Shown: in pieces, positions 10,559 through 20,068 of the stretch | How the letters are laid out: the number at the start of each line of letters is the position of its first letter | Position numbering within the stretch: position 1 is the first letter of the stretch | The notes under the pieces: generated by a model | Databases searched by the model: none | Told to the model about the DNA's origin: nothing | Seen by the model: the letters and a program-made list of their open reading frames with translations, nothing else | Position numbers and translations under genes: made by a program | IMG/VR virus record: IMGVR_UViG_3300037067_007633 | Location: 96,178 to 160,177 of that record | DNA from: a virus | Lineage: Duplodnaviria > Caudoviricetes | DNA: 64,000 bases | Reading direction: 5' to 3' (one strand)

Positions 10559-10931
10559 TTTTTGGGAGTCCTATTATATTTTTTCCTCGTTGTATTGATT
10601 TTCCTAATATCCAAATATATCCTGGGTTATTTTTTATATGTTGATATATATTAATATATCCAAGCGTATATGTTTCTTCATTTTCGTTTGTTAATAAAAT
10701 ACAAAGATTTTCATTTTTTGTAATATTTAAAATTGTTATTTGACCTGGAGAATATTTTCCAAGTGTGTAAGGTTTACCGTCTTTTAAATAACGAATTAAC
10801 AATGTATGATTCGTATCATTATATATACCACATTTTTGATATTCCACTGGATAATAAATATAAAATATGGTGGCGACCGCAATACATGACAAAATAGCTG
10901 GAGATATTTTCAACAAAGTTTTCATTTTCAA
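10545..10931 (-). CDS. Membrane-anchored hypothetical protein
   Basis: N-terminal hydrophobic segment. Confidence 0.55.
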   Translation of the reverse strand: MKMKTLLKISPAILSCIAVATIFYIYYPVEYQKCGIYNDTNHTLLIRYLKDGKPYTLGKYSPGQITILNITKNENLCILLTNENEETYTLGYINIYQHIKNNPGYIWILGKSIQRGKNIIGLPKNEDY

Positions 10932-11029
10932 AATCCTTTATTTAAACAGATATACCAAAAACATAAATATAAGAATAATTTTTAACATTATTATTGTCGC
11001 AAAGTCAACTTCATCCATTTTACACATAT

Positions 11030-12043
11030 TTATTTAATAACCAACTTTAGAAGGTTATCCCATTCTTTTGTAAATCTTTCTTTAGAAAAGTCCGTCAACA
11101 TTGTTTTTCTAGCATTTTCTCCAAGATGTTTATACTTGTTTGGATTTTTTAGAATGTCTACTAACATTTCTCTTGCTTCTCCAGGTCTATCTGGATTAAA
11201 TAACAAACCATTTTCACCGTGTTTAATTACTTCTGGCAACATACATGTATTTGTGCTAACTACTATATTTCCACACGCCATTGCTTCCAAAACCACTGTA
11301 GGTATTGGGGAAATTAGAGAAGTGTTTAAAAATATTAAAGATTCATTGTAGGAATCTCTTAATTCTTCAATGTTTTTTGCCGCTTTGGATAAACCAGGAG
11401 TATTACCTAATACCTTAAACGGCAACTGTTCTTTAGATTGTGGTCTAATAATATTTGCCCATAACTGGAAACCACAAGGAATATTTCTATTTATCCAATC
11501 ATTACACACTGATAATATTTGCGGTTTTCTTTCTATGTTTGATGGTCGAAAAAAATCGCTGTCAACACAATGTTTTATAACTTTAGCATTTGTATTATCC
11601 CATCCCCATTCTTTCCTATTAAAATCCGATATAAATACTTGTTGCTTAATAACACTATCTAATTGTTCTCGATTTTTACGAAGTATATTTGGCGGAATTT
11701 TTTGTAATGGTAAAACGTGGAATAAATTAATAATGGGAATATTATATTGTTGTTTTAGTTGTACGCATAGATTTATATGGGCAATATTTTGACATAAGAT
11801 AGCGTCAAAATCTATATGTTTTGGAAGTTCGTTGCTGGGTAATAGGTAGTGATTGGTTGGCACTTTTCCATATTCATGATTCCATGGTTTAATATTATCT
11901 TTACTGTGGAACATATAAAAATTAGCATTTATATTATCCATACCCCCCTGATAGCGTTCGTGGATCGCCATAGTGAGTATATTATATGCTTCGTCATCTT
12001 GTTTTGTGGTTTTGCGAAGTATTGTACTAACGTGTTTATTCAT
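11030..12043 (-). CDS. Family 4 glycosyltransferase
   Basis: FLNTS..SPIPTVVLEAMACGNIVVST...IKHGENGLLF. Confidence 0.9.
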   Translation of the reverse strand: MNKHVSTILRKTTKQDDEAYNILTMAIHERYQGGMDNINANFYMFHSKDNIKPWNHEYGKVPTNHYLLPSNELPKHIDFDAILCQNIAHINLCVQLKQQYNIPIINLFHVLPLQKIPPNILRKNREQLDSVIKQQVFISDFNRKEWGWDNTNAKVIKHCVDSDFFRPSNIERKPQILSVCNDWINRNIPCGFQLWANIIRPQSKEQLPFKVLGNTPGLSKAAKNIEELRDSYNESLIFLNTSLISPIPTVVLEAMACGNIVVSTNTCMLPEVIKHGENGLLFNPDRPGEAREMLVDILKNPNKYKHLGENARKTMLTDFSKERFTKEWDNLLKLVIK

Positions 12044-12356
12044 TAATTTTCCCTATATTTATCATATCATTTTTTATTAATATAGAAGTTTTTAGTGGTA
12101 TATAAATAAAAATACCGAGATAAGCATTATTATATGTATTTTCATCAACAATCCATTTATTATAATTACCCAAATGGTCTATAACTAATATATATTGTGT
12201 TGGTTTATTTATTGTTATTTCGTTATTTATTATTTTAAAAGTATTTACTGTAGTATTAATTTTTATTTTTGATTTTACAAAACCTTCATTGAGATTATAA
12301 TAATTAGAACAACCAATTAATAAAGATGTTAACAATAATAATATAAAATATTTCAT
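12036..12356 (-). CDS. Putative lipoprotein
   Basis: Signal peptide with lipobox LIGC. Confidence 0.6.
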   Translation of the reverse strand: MKYFILLLLTSLLIGCSNYYNLNEGFVKSKIKINTTVNTFKIINNEITINKPTQYILVIDHLGNYNKWIVDENTYNNAYLGIFIYIPLKTSILIKNDMINIGKINE

Positions 12357-12529
12357 TTTCTTTTTCCTATTTCATAAAATAAATTATCTTCAACATTTAC
12401 TTTGTAATGTCTATATCCAACCAATTTGCTAGACTTAAATTCATGTATTTCAATTTCTTTTTGGTCTTGATAATTATTACAACCGACAGTTAATGAAAAT
12501 GTCAACAATAAAAACATAAAATGCTTCAT
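12353..12529 (-). CDS. Small putative lipoprotein (58 aa, below ORF-track cutoff)
   Basis: MKHFMFLLLTFSLTVGC...; ATGA overlaps with both neighbours. Confidence 0.55.
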   Translation of the reverse strand: MKHFMFLLLTFSLTVGCNNYQDQKEIEIHEFKSSKLVGYRHYKVNVEDNLFYEIGKRK

Positions 12530-12771
12530 TGTGGTAATGAATCTCCAGTATTTTTCCTATGTTGTCGTCTACTTTTTTGAATATCTGGTATTTCACAAAT
12601 TGTAGAATATATTTTAGCTACAACCCATCCGTCTACCCAACATCCATTTTCTGATTTAATTTTTAGTACAGTATTTAGTATAGCAAGTTTAGTTGGAATA
12701 TAACAGGTTTGTGCAACTAAGCCAGATTGTAATCGTTGTTCTAATGTACACTGAGTATAAGTTTGCAACAT
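12526..12771 (-). CDS. Hypothetical protein
   Basis: ORF packed in operon. Confidence 0.55.
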   Translation of the reverse strand: MLQTYTQCTLEQRLQSGLVAQTCYIPTKLAILNTVLKIKSENGCWVDGWVVAKIYSTICEIPDIQKSRRQHRKNTGDSLPQ

Positions 12772-12772
12772 T

Positions 12773-13321
12773 TTAAATCTCCGTTTTGTTATTTCTTATT
12801 ACTTGTCCTCTTAATATATCTATAGCGTTTTTTGAACAATTTTTCCACGAATTTAACTGTTTCGACATTCTATCAATTACTGGTAATAGATCGCTCTGAT
12901 TTGTAGCTATTGCACGTTCTTTGCAAACTTCTGGTGGAGTATCAACGATTAGATAATCCGCATTCGGATCAATATAAAGAAGTTCTTTAATATGTTCTAA
13001 TAATGTGTTAGTTCCGTCTACTATTACATCAAATCCTCTATTTAATAGGGATTTAATCATAACTTTTTGAATTGCGTGAATAAAACCCTCAGTATTAATA
13101 TTAAATCGTTCACCAGTAAGAGCTAGGCGAATATCGTCAGAACAAACAATTACCCTTGGCGATTCTGAAAATATTTTAGTTAAACCTTTTCTATTATATG
13201 TGGAATTATTTGCAATATCTATTTTATAGTTTATCCAATCATTACAAATAGTTGACTTACCACTTCTTGGTGGTCCAATAGCAATTATTAATTTTCCTTT
13301 ATTCATAATATTTAATTTCAA
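12773..13321 (-). CDS. P-loop kinase, polynucleotide-kinase-like (AAA_33)
   Basis: GPPRSGKST, SDDIR, VIVDGTN, CKERA. Confidence 0.8.
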   Translation of the reverse strand: MKLNIMNKGKLIIAIGPPRSGKSTICNDWINYKIDIANNSTYNRKGLTKIFSESPRVIVCSDDIRLALTGERFNINTEGFIHAIQKVMIKSLLNRGFDVIVDGTNTLLEHIKELLYIDPNADYLIVDTPPEVCKERAIATNQSDLLPVIDRMSKQLNSWKNCSKNAIDILRGQVIRNNKTEI

Positions 13322-13502
13322 GTCCTATATTCAACATTATTAGTTCCCAATAATACTTTTAATCTGTTTTGCAATTCTATTATTCTAGAACAATAAGTAC
13401 AACATTTACTTTCTGATATATTTCCAACTACTAATCTACCATTACAGTAATGATTTTGTAAATCAAATAATTCGGCTTTTATTTTAGTTATTTCATCTAT
13501 AT

Positions 13503-14618
13503 TCATACTAATAAGTCTTTCATAATTTGTCCAACTTTCGCGTAAGCGAAATCATATCTACGATTAATACATGCTTCTCTTTTTTGTTGATATAACTCTT
13601 TATTTTCATAAGCTTGTCTCATTGCATTACGTAGCAAATTAATATCAATAGAAGCCCACTTTTCATTTCCGCAATATAGTTGAGGAAATTGTTGGGTCAT
13701 TCCATAAACTGGCTCTAATTGATAATCTATTAACCAACCACAATCATTAGATTTAAAACCGTTTATTAAAAAATCGTATGGACCACCTATTCGTGTAGCA
13801 ATAACAGGATTACCAAATCCCATACTATCAAAAGCTTCCAAGTTCCAACTTTCCCCATAAGAAGGGGAAACAAAACAATTACAAGATTGGTGCAAAGCAC
13901 TTAATTGTTCTTCTGATAGAAACGCGGAAATTATTACTTCTCGACTTTTTTGATTTAACTTTAGATTTTTTCTTACATCGTTACAAAATTCCAACATGTT
14001 TTTTCCAGCTTGTTCTGGACTACATCCAGGTTGATTAATTTTTAACAATAAAGAAACTGGATCACTGATGTTAAATTCTAAATAGAAAGCTTCTACTAAT
14101 GCTTTCAAGTTTTTCCTTGGTTGATTTTCTCCTATAAAATAAAATACGAATTTATCTTGTATTTCGGGAATTTTTAGTTTAGGATAAGTTTTTTCATACT
14201 TTGTTGTATCACACGGAATAGGAACAATTTTAATAGGAACTTTTACTTGGGATTTGATTGCGGCGTCTTTCATTTGATCACAAGTTACCCAGACTTCATC
14301 CATTAAGTTAAGGTGATACTGCCAATTAGAATTTCTAAAATGGTCGGTTTCTGAATAATAAATTCCAATATTCTTTTTGAAGTTCCCATTGTATTCCATT
14401 TGCCAGGGGAGAACGTGTTGAATTACAACATTACAATCTTTCTCTGATTGTTTTTCAAGCTCTAAAATTCTTTGTGGAACTTCTGCTTGAATATTGTTTA
14501 ATTTAATAAAACGAGGAACTACGGAAATTCCTACGGAGTCTAAAGCTAGTATGTTATGAATACTAGAATTTCCCCAACCGGTCCCGTCTTTTCCGTTGCA
14601 CACATAAAGTATTTTCAT
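13503..14618 (-). CDS. Family 4 glycosyltransferase
   Basis: PRKNL, FVSPSYGESWNLEAFDSMGFGNPVIAT. Confidence 0.9.
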   Translation of the reverse strand: MKILYVCNGKDGTGWGNSSIHNILALDSVGISVVPRFIKLNNIQAEVPQRILELEKQSEKDCNVVIQHVLPWQMEYNGNFKKNIGIYYSETDHFRNSNWQYHLNLMDEVWVTCDQMKDAAIKSQVKVPIKIVPIPCDTTKYEKTYPKLKIPEIQDKFVFYFIGENQPRKNLKALVEAFYLEFNISDPVSLLLKINQPGCSPEQAGKNMLEFCNDVRKNLKLNQKSREVIISAFLSEEQLSALHQSCNCFVSPSYGESWNLEAFDSMGFGNPVIATRIGGPYDFLINGFKSNDCGWLIDYQLEPVYGMTQQFPQLYCGNEKWASIDINLLRNAMRQAYENKELYQQKREACINRRYDFAYAKVGQIMKDLLV

Positions 14619-15404
14619 TTAATTTAATATGCTCTTTAAATTTGAATAAAGTGTATGAGGATTATTTTCCGATAAACCGCTCATTGATCCATCATTAATT
14701 TCAATTAATATCCATTTACCTTCTACGGTTTCTGCAACATCTAAAACAAAAAAGTTAGTATATTGAGATGCTATTTTAGCTATTTTTTGTGCAAATTCTA
14801 TTGCTTTTGGTGAAATCTGATTAGGAATATATTCTGATATTGACCAGTAATATCCATATGAAAGTAAATGGTTTTTGTAAAAGAAAAATCTCCACTCGTT
14901 AGCAAAAGGTAATCCATTTAAACCAACTTCATATGTTAATAACGGATAATATTTACGATATAAAACTCCTTGAGTTGCTATTAGTTCATCATTCATTAAT
15001 TCACAACCAATTTTTAAAGCATCAATTTTGGTTTTTGCAAACATATGAGTATTCCATCTATATTTGCGTGAATTAGTTTTTCCTTTAACTACAAATGGTC
15101 CATCATATTTACAATAACGAATTGTTTCATCATCCCATGTTTCTGGTGTGTATTCTTTAAGTACATTATAATATTCAAAATCAGCAATCCACTTGTGTTG
15201 TTTATATGAATTTAATAAATAGGCGAGATTTTTATCTAAATCATATACTAATTCTTTATAAAATGGTAAAGTAGAATATCTTCCTATTACTGTAGAGTGC
15301 CGTGGTATATCACTACGTTGGGTATATACATCAAAGTATTTTTGTGCTATTTCGTATTCGCCGTCATCAGCTAACGATTTTCTAAATAATATACAAGTGT
15401 TCAT
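14619..15404 (-). CDS. ATP-grasp protein (R2K/DUF4343-like)
   Basis: FVVKG, NEWRFF, FFVLDVA, LIEINDG.MSG. Confidence 0.8.
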   Translation of the reverse strand: MNTCILFRKSLADDGEYEIAQKYFDVYTQRSDIPRHSTVIGRYSTLPFYKELVYDLDKNLAYLLNSYKQHKWIADFEYYNVLKEYTPETWDDETIRYCKYDGPFVVKGKTNSRKYRWNTHMFAKTKIDALKIGCELMNDELIATQGVLYRKYYPLLTYEVGLNGLPFANEWRFFFYKNHLLSYGYYWSISEYIPNQISPKAIEFAQKIAKIASQYTNFFVLDVAETVEGKWILIEINDGSMSGLSENNPHTLYSNLKSILN

Positions 15405-15745
15405 TTATCAAAACAACTTTTGGGTTTTACTATTTGTATATAGTTACATACTTTTGATAATTCTGTTTCATCTAAGTATTCATAACATCCATCTGTATCA
15501 TTTTTATTACTTTTATAGTCTGTACATACCACATCAATACAATTTGTTCCAGCTTGTACAATTATATTTGGAAATATTGCTTTTCCATATTTTTTTGTAA
15601 TTTCTTCTTGTTCTTCTATTATTTTTTGATCAAATGATACCGATATCCAATAACTTCTTTTAAAACAATCTCTTTGTTTCCAAAAACACAAATTATTTTT
15701 ACATTGTTCTGTTAAGTGACACTGAAACTGAAACAATAAAGCCAT
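15401..15745 (-). CDS. Cys-rich hypothetical protein
   Basis: ORF packed in operon. Confidence 0.5.
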   Translation of the reverse strand: MALLFQFQCHLTEQCKNNLCFWKQRDCFKRSYWISVSFDQKIIEEQEEITKKYGKAIFPNIIVQAGTNCIDVVCTDYKSNKNDTDGCYEYLDETELSKVCNYIQIVKPKSCFDK

Positions 15746-15824
15746 TTTTACAACCTATTTATAATTCTTCGTTTATTTTTATTACTTTTGTTTTTAAATT
15801 AATATTTTCATCATCGTTTGAATA

Positions 15825-16592
15825 TCATATTTTCTTTCCAAATAAATAGTAAACTTTAGTGGGATAAAACACCTTATTTAATCTTTCATTCTCTATTAAT
15901 TGCCACTCCACATTCTTTTTGTGATACATTAATTCTTGAAAGTAATCATAGTTGTGAATAATATCTTCAAACGACGAAGAAAAACCAATTAAATACCTTT
16001 CAGCGTCAACTTTGTCAAAAATTTCATTACGTTCATCATAAGGCATTTCACTAATAGACCATGTTCCTATTAATAAATCTACTTTTGTAGTTTCTATCTT
16101 GGTGTGCCACTTGACTCTGTTATCTAACTTATGATAACCTAAGTAATATTTTGATATTTCGCAAACTTGTGGTAGATCTAAAATATGATATTGTCCTGGA
16201 ATTCCAAGTTTACTTAAAATAATTCTAGCTAAATTTCCATATCCGGCACCTACTTCATAAATATCATAAATATCTTTAAATAAATCGCAATGTTTTATAA
16301 ACTGATAAAGATGATAGGCATTATGAACGGTATTACCACTTGTAAACTCAAACTTTGGAAGTAGTAAGTGTTCTGGTAAAAATGTTGTTTCTAAAATTCT
16401 GTTATGCCAACCGTCTTTTTCTAACTCTTCAAGTTCTTCATAAACAAAAGATTGGGTTCCGGTAAACATGGTCATGTGAATAGAATTCCATTCTAGAAAT
16501 CTTTCTATTCCATATGTATTTTTACAAATTTCTATATCGTTAGATATTGATTTCCAAAATTTATGCATTTTAAAATTCCTCCCTTTTCGCAA
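15825..16592 (-). CDS. Putative sugar O-methyltransferase (NanM-like)
   Basis: EVGAGYGNLAR, ILDLP, DLLIGTWSISE. Confidence 0.75.
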   Translation of the reverse strand: MRKGRNFKMHKFWKSISNDIEICKNTYGIERFLEWNSIHMTMFTGTQSFVYEELEELEKDGWHNRILETTFLPEHLLLPKFEFTSGNTVHNAYHLYQFIKHCDLFKDIYDIYEVGAGYGNLARIILSKLGIPGQYHILDLPQVCEISKYYLGYHKLDNRVKWHTKIETTKVDLLIGTWSISEMPYDERNEIFDKVDAERYLIGFSSSFEDIIHNYDYFQELMYHKKNVEWQLIENERLNKVFYPTKVYYLFGKKI

Positions 16593-18252
16593 AACGAATA
16601 ATAGGTTTAACTTCCTCTTGTATTAACCCACATCTTCTTTTTTCCCAATAATTAATTTTTTGTCGCATATCGTATAAGTGATTAAACAAGTCCTTCGGAC
16701 TAAATGGTCTATAACGCGGCTGAGAGCCTAACATAGAATCTTCGTTAATGTAGTTGCCACCATGCACTATTTGAGAAGCCCCATAATTTAAGTCACGAAT
16801 TAAACGTAGGGCAAAATAAGAATTAAGTTTTTCCGGTTGTCCTAATATGTTTATAATTGCCCATTCAACCAGTTTACTTGGTGGAAGATTTTGTGGTGGT
16901 TCTGTTACGGGATTAAAAATTTGAGGGGGAATATTCCATAAGTTTTTGTGTTGTGTTTTGTCAAAATATTTCATCCAACTATTAACTGTATAATCCCACA
17001 AATAATGTTTTTGAACACCAATTAAAGCTTCTCTTCCCTTTTTAGCTCTAAGGCTTGGTGGAAGATTACAGAATTTTGTTAGCTTATCAGCTAAATCTTT
17101 ATTGTCCGGATAAGCTCTAAGTGTTCCTGTTTCTGCTTCTCTAAAAAATCTTTCTACTTTAATAGGGTAACCATTTAAATTTTTTACTATATCAGACATA
17201 GCAGAATAATCAACAGACATAATTGGAACGCTACAAGCACCAGCTTCTAATTGAGAAATTCCGCAGGCTTCGCAAATTGCGTATTGTACGTAAACATCCA
17301 TCAAATTATATATTTCACATAGTACGTTTTCAGAAACTCCGTTTTGTGTACTTGGAAATCCAGCCGATAACTTTTTACATTTAGGACATAGTGTTTTACT
17401 ATCTCTAAAAAAGTTAACATGAACGTGTTTACATTCAGAACATATATATGTTAGTAAAATATTATTTGCTATACCAGACTCTTTAATTAGCCGAGGAATG
17501 TTCCAGCCCATGTCTGGATATGAAGTGTGTAAATAGAGAAAACATTTATGTCTAATATTAGGATTTTGATCTAAAAATAACTTAAAGGCTTGAATTAGGT
17601 CTGGAAATAGTTTGCGTTTTTGATTACGCATAACTGTTCCAACTATAATAACATCACTTGGTAAATTATATTTCTTCCTTAATTCAATCTTGTTATTAAT
17701 AGGGAAGAAAACCTTGTTATTTACACACGGGGAAGCAAGACCTTGAAAATTAATTTTATTTTCAGATTGTTTTCGTAATGTATCTTCACAAAATTGCGAA
17801 TAACATAATATTCCATCGCAACCCATATACATATCAATCCAACTACTTTGTTGTGGGGCACTATCTACGGTAGGCATTAGAAGTAAATTAAAATATTTAC
17901 GTAAATGAGATTCTGGCTCAAACGTCATCCATGCATCTCTTATATCACAAACAATATCAGGTTTCCAGTCTAATACAACTTCCTCGAACCGCCACGCCCC
18001 AAATTGGTTAATCGGATTACTGCCATATTCTTTTTCTTCAGCTTCATTAGTGGGAAAATTAGAATAAATAGTCCATGGAAATTGTTGAATTGCCGGATTA
18101 TCGAATTTGTTATAACAAGCCAATTCTGCTATATGATATTTACCCGTACTATGTAGTCTACTTAATAATTCTCTACCATAAAGGGAATATCCAGTAAAAA
18201 GGTTTGAGGATTCATTAACAAATAATAATCTCTTTTTATTCTCTGGCATCAA
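16570..18252 (-). CDS. Family 4 glycosyltransferase with Zn-ribbon insertion
   Basis: RNQKRK, CSEC...CPKC insert, EACGISQLEAGACSVP. Confidence 0.88.
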   Translation of the reverse strand: MMPENKKRLLFVNESSNLFTGYSLYGRELLSRLHSTGKYHIAELACYNKFDNPAIQQFPWTIYSNFPTNEAEEKEYGSNPINQFGAWRFEEVVLDWKPDIVCDIRDAWMTFEPESHLRKYFNLLLMPTVDSAPQQSSWIDMYMGCDGILCYSQFCEDTLRKQSENKINFQGLASPCVNNKVFFPINNKIELRKKYNLPSDVIIVGTVMRNQKRKLFPDLIQAFKLFLDQNPNIRHKCFLYLHTSYPDMGWNIPRLIKESGIANNILLTYICSECKHVHVNFFRDSKTLCPKCKKLSAGFPSTQNGVSENVLCEIYNLMDVYVQYAICEACGISQLEAGACSVPIMSVDYSAMSDIVKNLNGYPIKVERFFREAETGTLRAYPDNKDLADKLTKFCNLPPSLRAKKGREALIGVQKHYLWDYTVNSWMKYFDKTQHKNLWNIPPQIFNPVTEPPQNLPPSKLVEWAIINILGQPEKLNSYFALRLIRDLNYGASQIVHGGNYINEDSMLGSQPRYRPFSPKDLFNHLYDMRQKINYWEKRRCGLIQEEVKPIIRFAKREEF

Positions 18253-18452
18253 TCACAATCTCCCCATTTAAATTTTTGAAAGCTATTTTTCATTTCTTCA
18301 TTGCACGGATGACATTTATGACAATGCCAATAGTTTGGTTTATATGGAATACCCCATTCTTTAGCTTGTTCTGGTCCCCATACAGTTGGGTAACATCTAT
18401 ATTTATAATGTATCCAACTACAAAACAACCATTTATATAAAAACTTAAACAC
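18249..18452 (-). CDS. Small Cys/His-rich hypothetical protein
   Basis: HCHKCHPC. Confidence 0.5.
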   Translation of the reverse strand: MFKFLYKWLFCSWIHYKYRCYPTVWGPEQAKEWGIPYKPNYWHCHKCHPCNEEMKNSFQKFKWGDCD

Positions 18453-18456
18453 TCTA

Positions 18457-19227
18457 TTATAATTCCTTTATATTTACACGTTCTTGAATCCTATTATTTA
18501 TTATATCAAAATATTCTTGTTCTTTTTCTATTAAAATATAATTGCGTTTTGTATTTATACATGCAATTGCTGTTGTTCCAGAACCAGCACAATTATCTAA
18601 AACTATGTCGTTTTCTTTTGTATATGTTTTTATCAAGTATTCAAATAAATCAACAGGTTTTTGATTTGGGTGATTTAATTTTTCTTTACTGCGATTAAAA
18701 ACTGTTTTAAATGTTAATACATTGTTTGGATATTTTAATTTTTGATCTTCTCTATTAGGTGTTTTATTCCATTTCCTATTATCAATTTCTGTACATGTTG
18801 TATAAACTGATTTTTTTGAAAATCTTTTTAATTCTTCTTCTGTTCGTTCTGTCATTATTGGATAATATTGTGGAGTATTTTTATAAAATACACTAATAGT
18901 TTCTATAGATCTTAATGGTTGTTTTTTAGCTAACATTGTCCCGCTTGGTCTATTTTTATACCAATAAAAATCGTACTTGTAATTTTTGTTACTCAATCTT
19001 AAATAACTACTAAATTTTTCACTTCCAAATAATAAAATTACTGCGTTATTTTTACAAATTCTATTGTATTGTTTCCATAATTTATCTAATGGTATAATAA
19101 TATCCCATTCGCATGACGTTATACCATAAGGTAAATCACATAATATTAAATCTATAGACTTATCGTCTATATCTTTCATTACCTCTAGACAATCTCCTTT
19201 ATAGACATTGTTAATAAGAAGTGTCAT
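18457..19227 (-). CDS. N6/N4 DNA methyltransferase (beta class)
   Basis: GDCLE, ILCDLPYG, HPNQKP, VLDNCAGSGTT. Confidence 0.92.
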   Translation of the reverse strand: MTLLINNVYKGDCLEVMKDIDDKSIDLILCDLPYGITSCEWDIIIPLDKLWKQYNRICKNNAVILLFGSEKFSSYLRLSNKNYKYDFYWYKNRPSGTMLAKKQPLRSIETISVFYKNTPQYYPIMTERTEEELKRFSKKSVYTTCTEIDNRKWNKTPNREDQKLKYPNNVLTFKTVFNRSKEKLNHPNQKPVDLFEYLIKTYTKENDIVLDNCAGSGTTAIACINTKRNYILIEKEQEYFDIINNRIQERVNIKEL

Positions 19228-19562
19228 GATGGAAACTCAAACTTTTCAACACGAAAACGTATAAGATTAAATTTACGCCCAGTTTCAACGTCTTCATAAA
19301 ATTCATTGCGTGCCGACGCATTAGTAATAATAATGGTGTCGTTTTTACGAAAGTTATTAGCTACTACTTCTGCCGCAGTATCCCAAACTTCAAAATCTAA
19401 AAAGTTGGTCTGTGTTCCAGATTCACCAGAATTTTTCTTAAATTTTCGGGAAATTGCTAGACGAAAATTAACAACACTTGTTTCTGGTTCGCCATCAACA
19501 CGCGGAACCTTCTTTAATTCTGGATCGTGTACAAATTTTCCAATAAAATGGCATGTATTCAT
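19224..19562 (-). CDS. ssb: Single-stranded DNA-binding protein, lacking acidic tail
   Basis: MN...IGK..DPELK, FRLAISR, FLDFEVW. Confidence 0.8.
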   Translation of the reverse strand: MNTCHFIGKFVHDPELKKVPRVDGEPETSVVNFRLAISRKFKKNSGESGTQTNFLDFEVWDTAAEVVANNFRKNDTIIITNASARNEFYEDVETGRKFNLIRFRVEKFEFPS

Positions 19563-19570
19563 AATTTTTG

Positions 19571-20068
19571 TTATTCCTTAAAAGTGTAAGTTTGAAAACA
19601 TAAGTCGAACATCTCATAAACACCCTTTTCTTTAGCTTGTTTTTTTAATTTTTTCAAATCTATATTATTATCTTTTAAATATTCGTGGATTAAAAATTCT
19701 AAAGATTCTTTTTTGCCTCCTTCTTCTTTTGTTAATTGTGTTAATTTAGCAACTTGCTCAAAAAACGTATCAAAATCAACATCTTTGTTTTTATACATCC
19801 ACACAATAAAATTTGGATTATAATATCTTATAAGACATTGTTTCATTATATATAGAAACAAAAATTCTTTTATAGCATAATTTTCTACAAAATACTCAAT
19901 ATCATTTATAATAACTTTTGAATTATAAATAGTGATTTTGATTGTTGTTTGTTGTAATTTTGGATATTCTAATTTCTCTGGTAGTTGTAATTCTACAGTA
20001 TTGTGTTTTATTGTTGCTATAATTAAATATTCGTGCTCAATCAATAATTTTTTTATATTTGAAAACAT
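19571..20068 (-). CDS. Hypothetical protein
   Basis: ORF packed in operon. Confidence 0.5.
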   Translation of the reverse strand: MFSNIKKLLIEHEYLIIATIKHNTVELQLPEKLEYPKLQQTTIKITIYNSKVIINDIEYFVENYAIKEFLFLYIMKQCLIRYYNPNFIVWMYKNKDVDFDTFFEQVAKLTQLTKEEGGKKESLEFLIHEYLKDNNIDLKKLKKQAKEKGVYEMFDLCFQTYTFKE

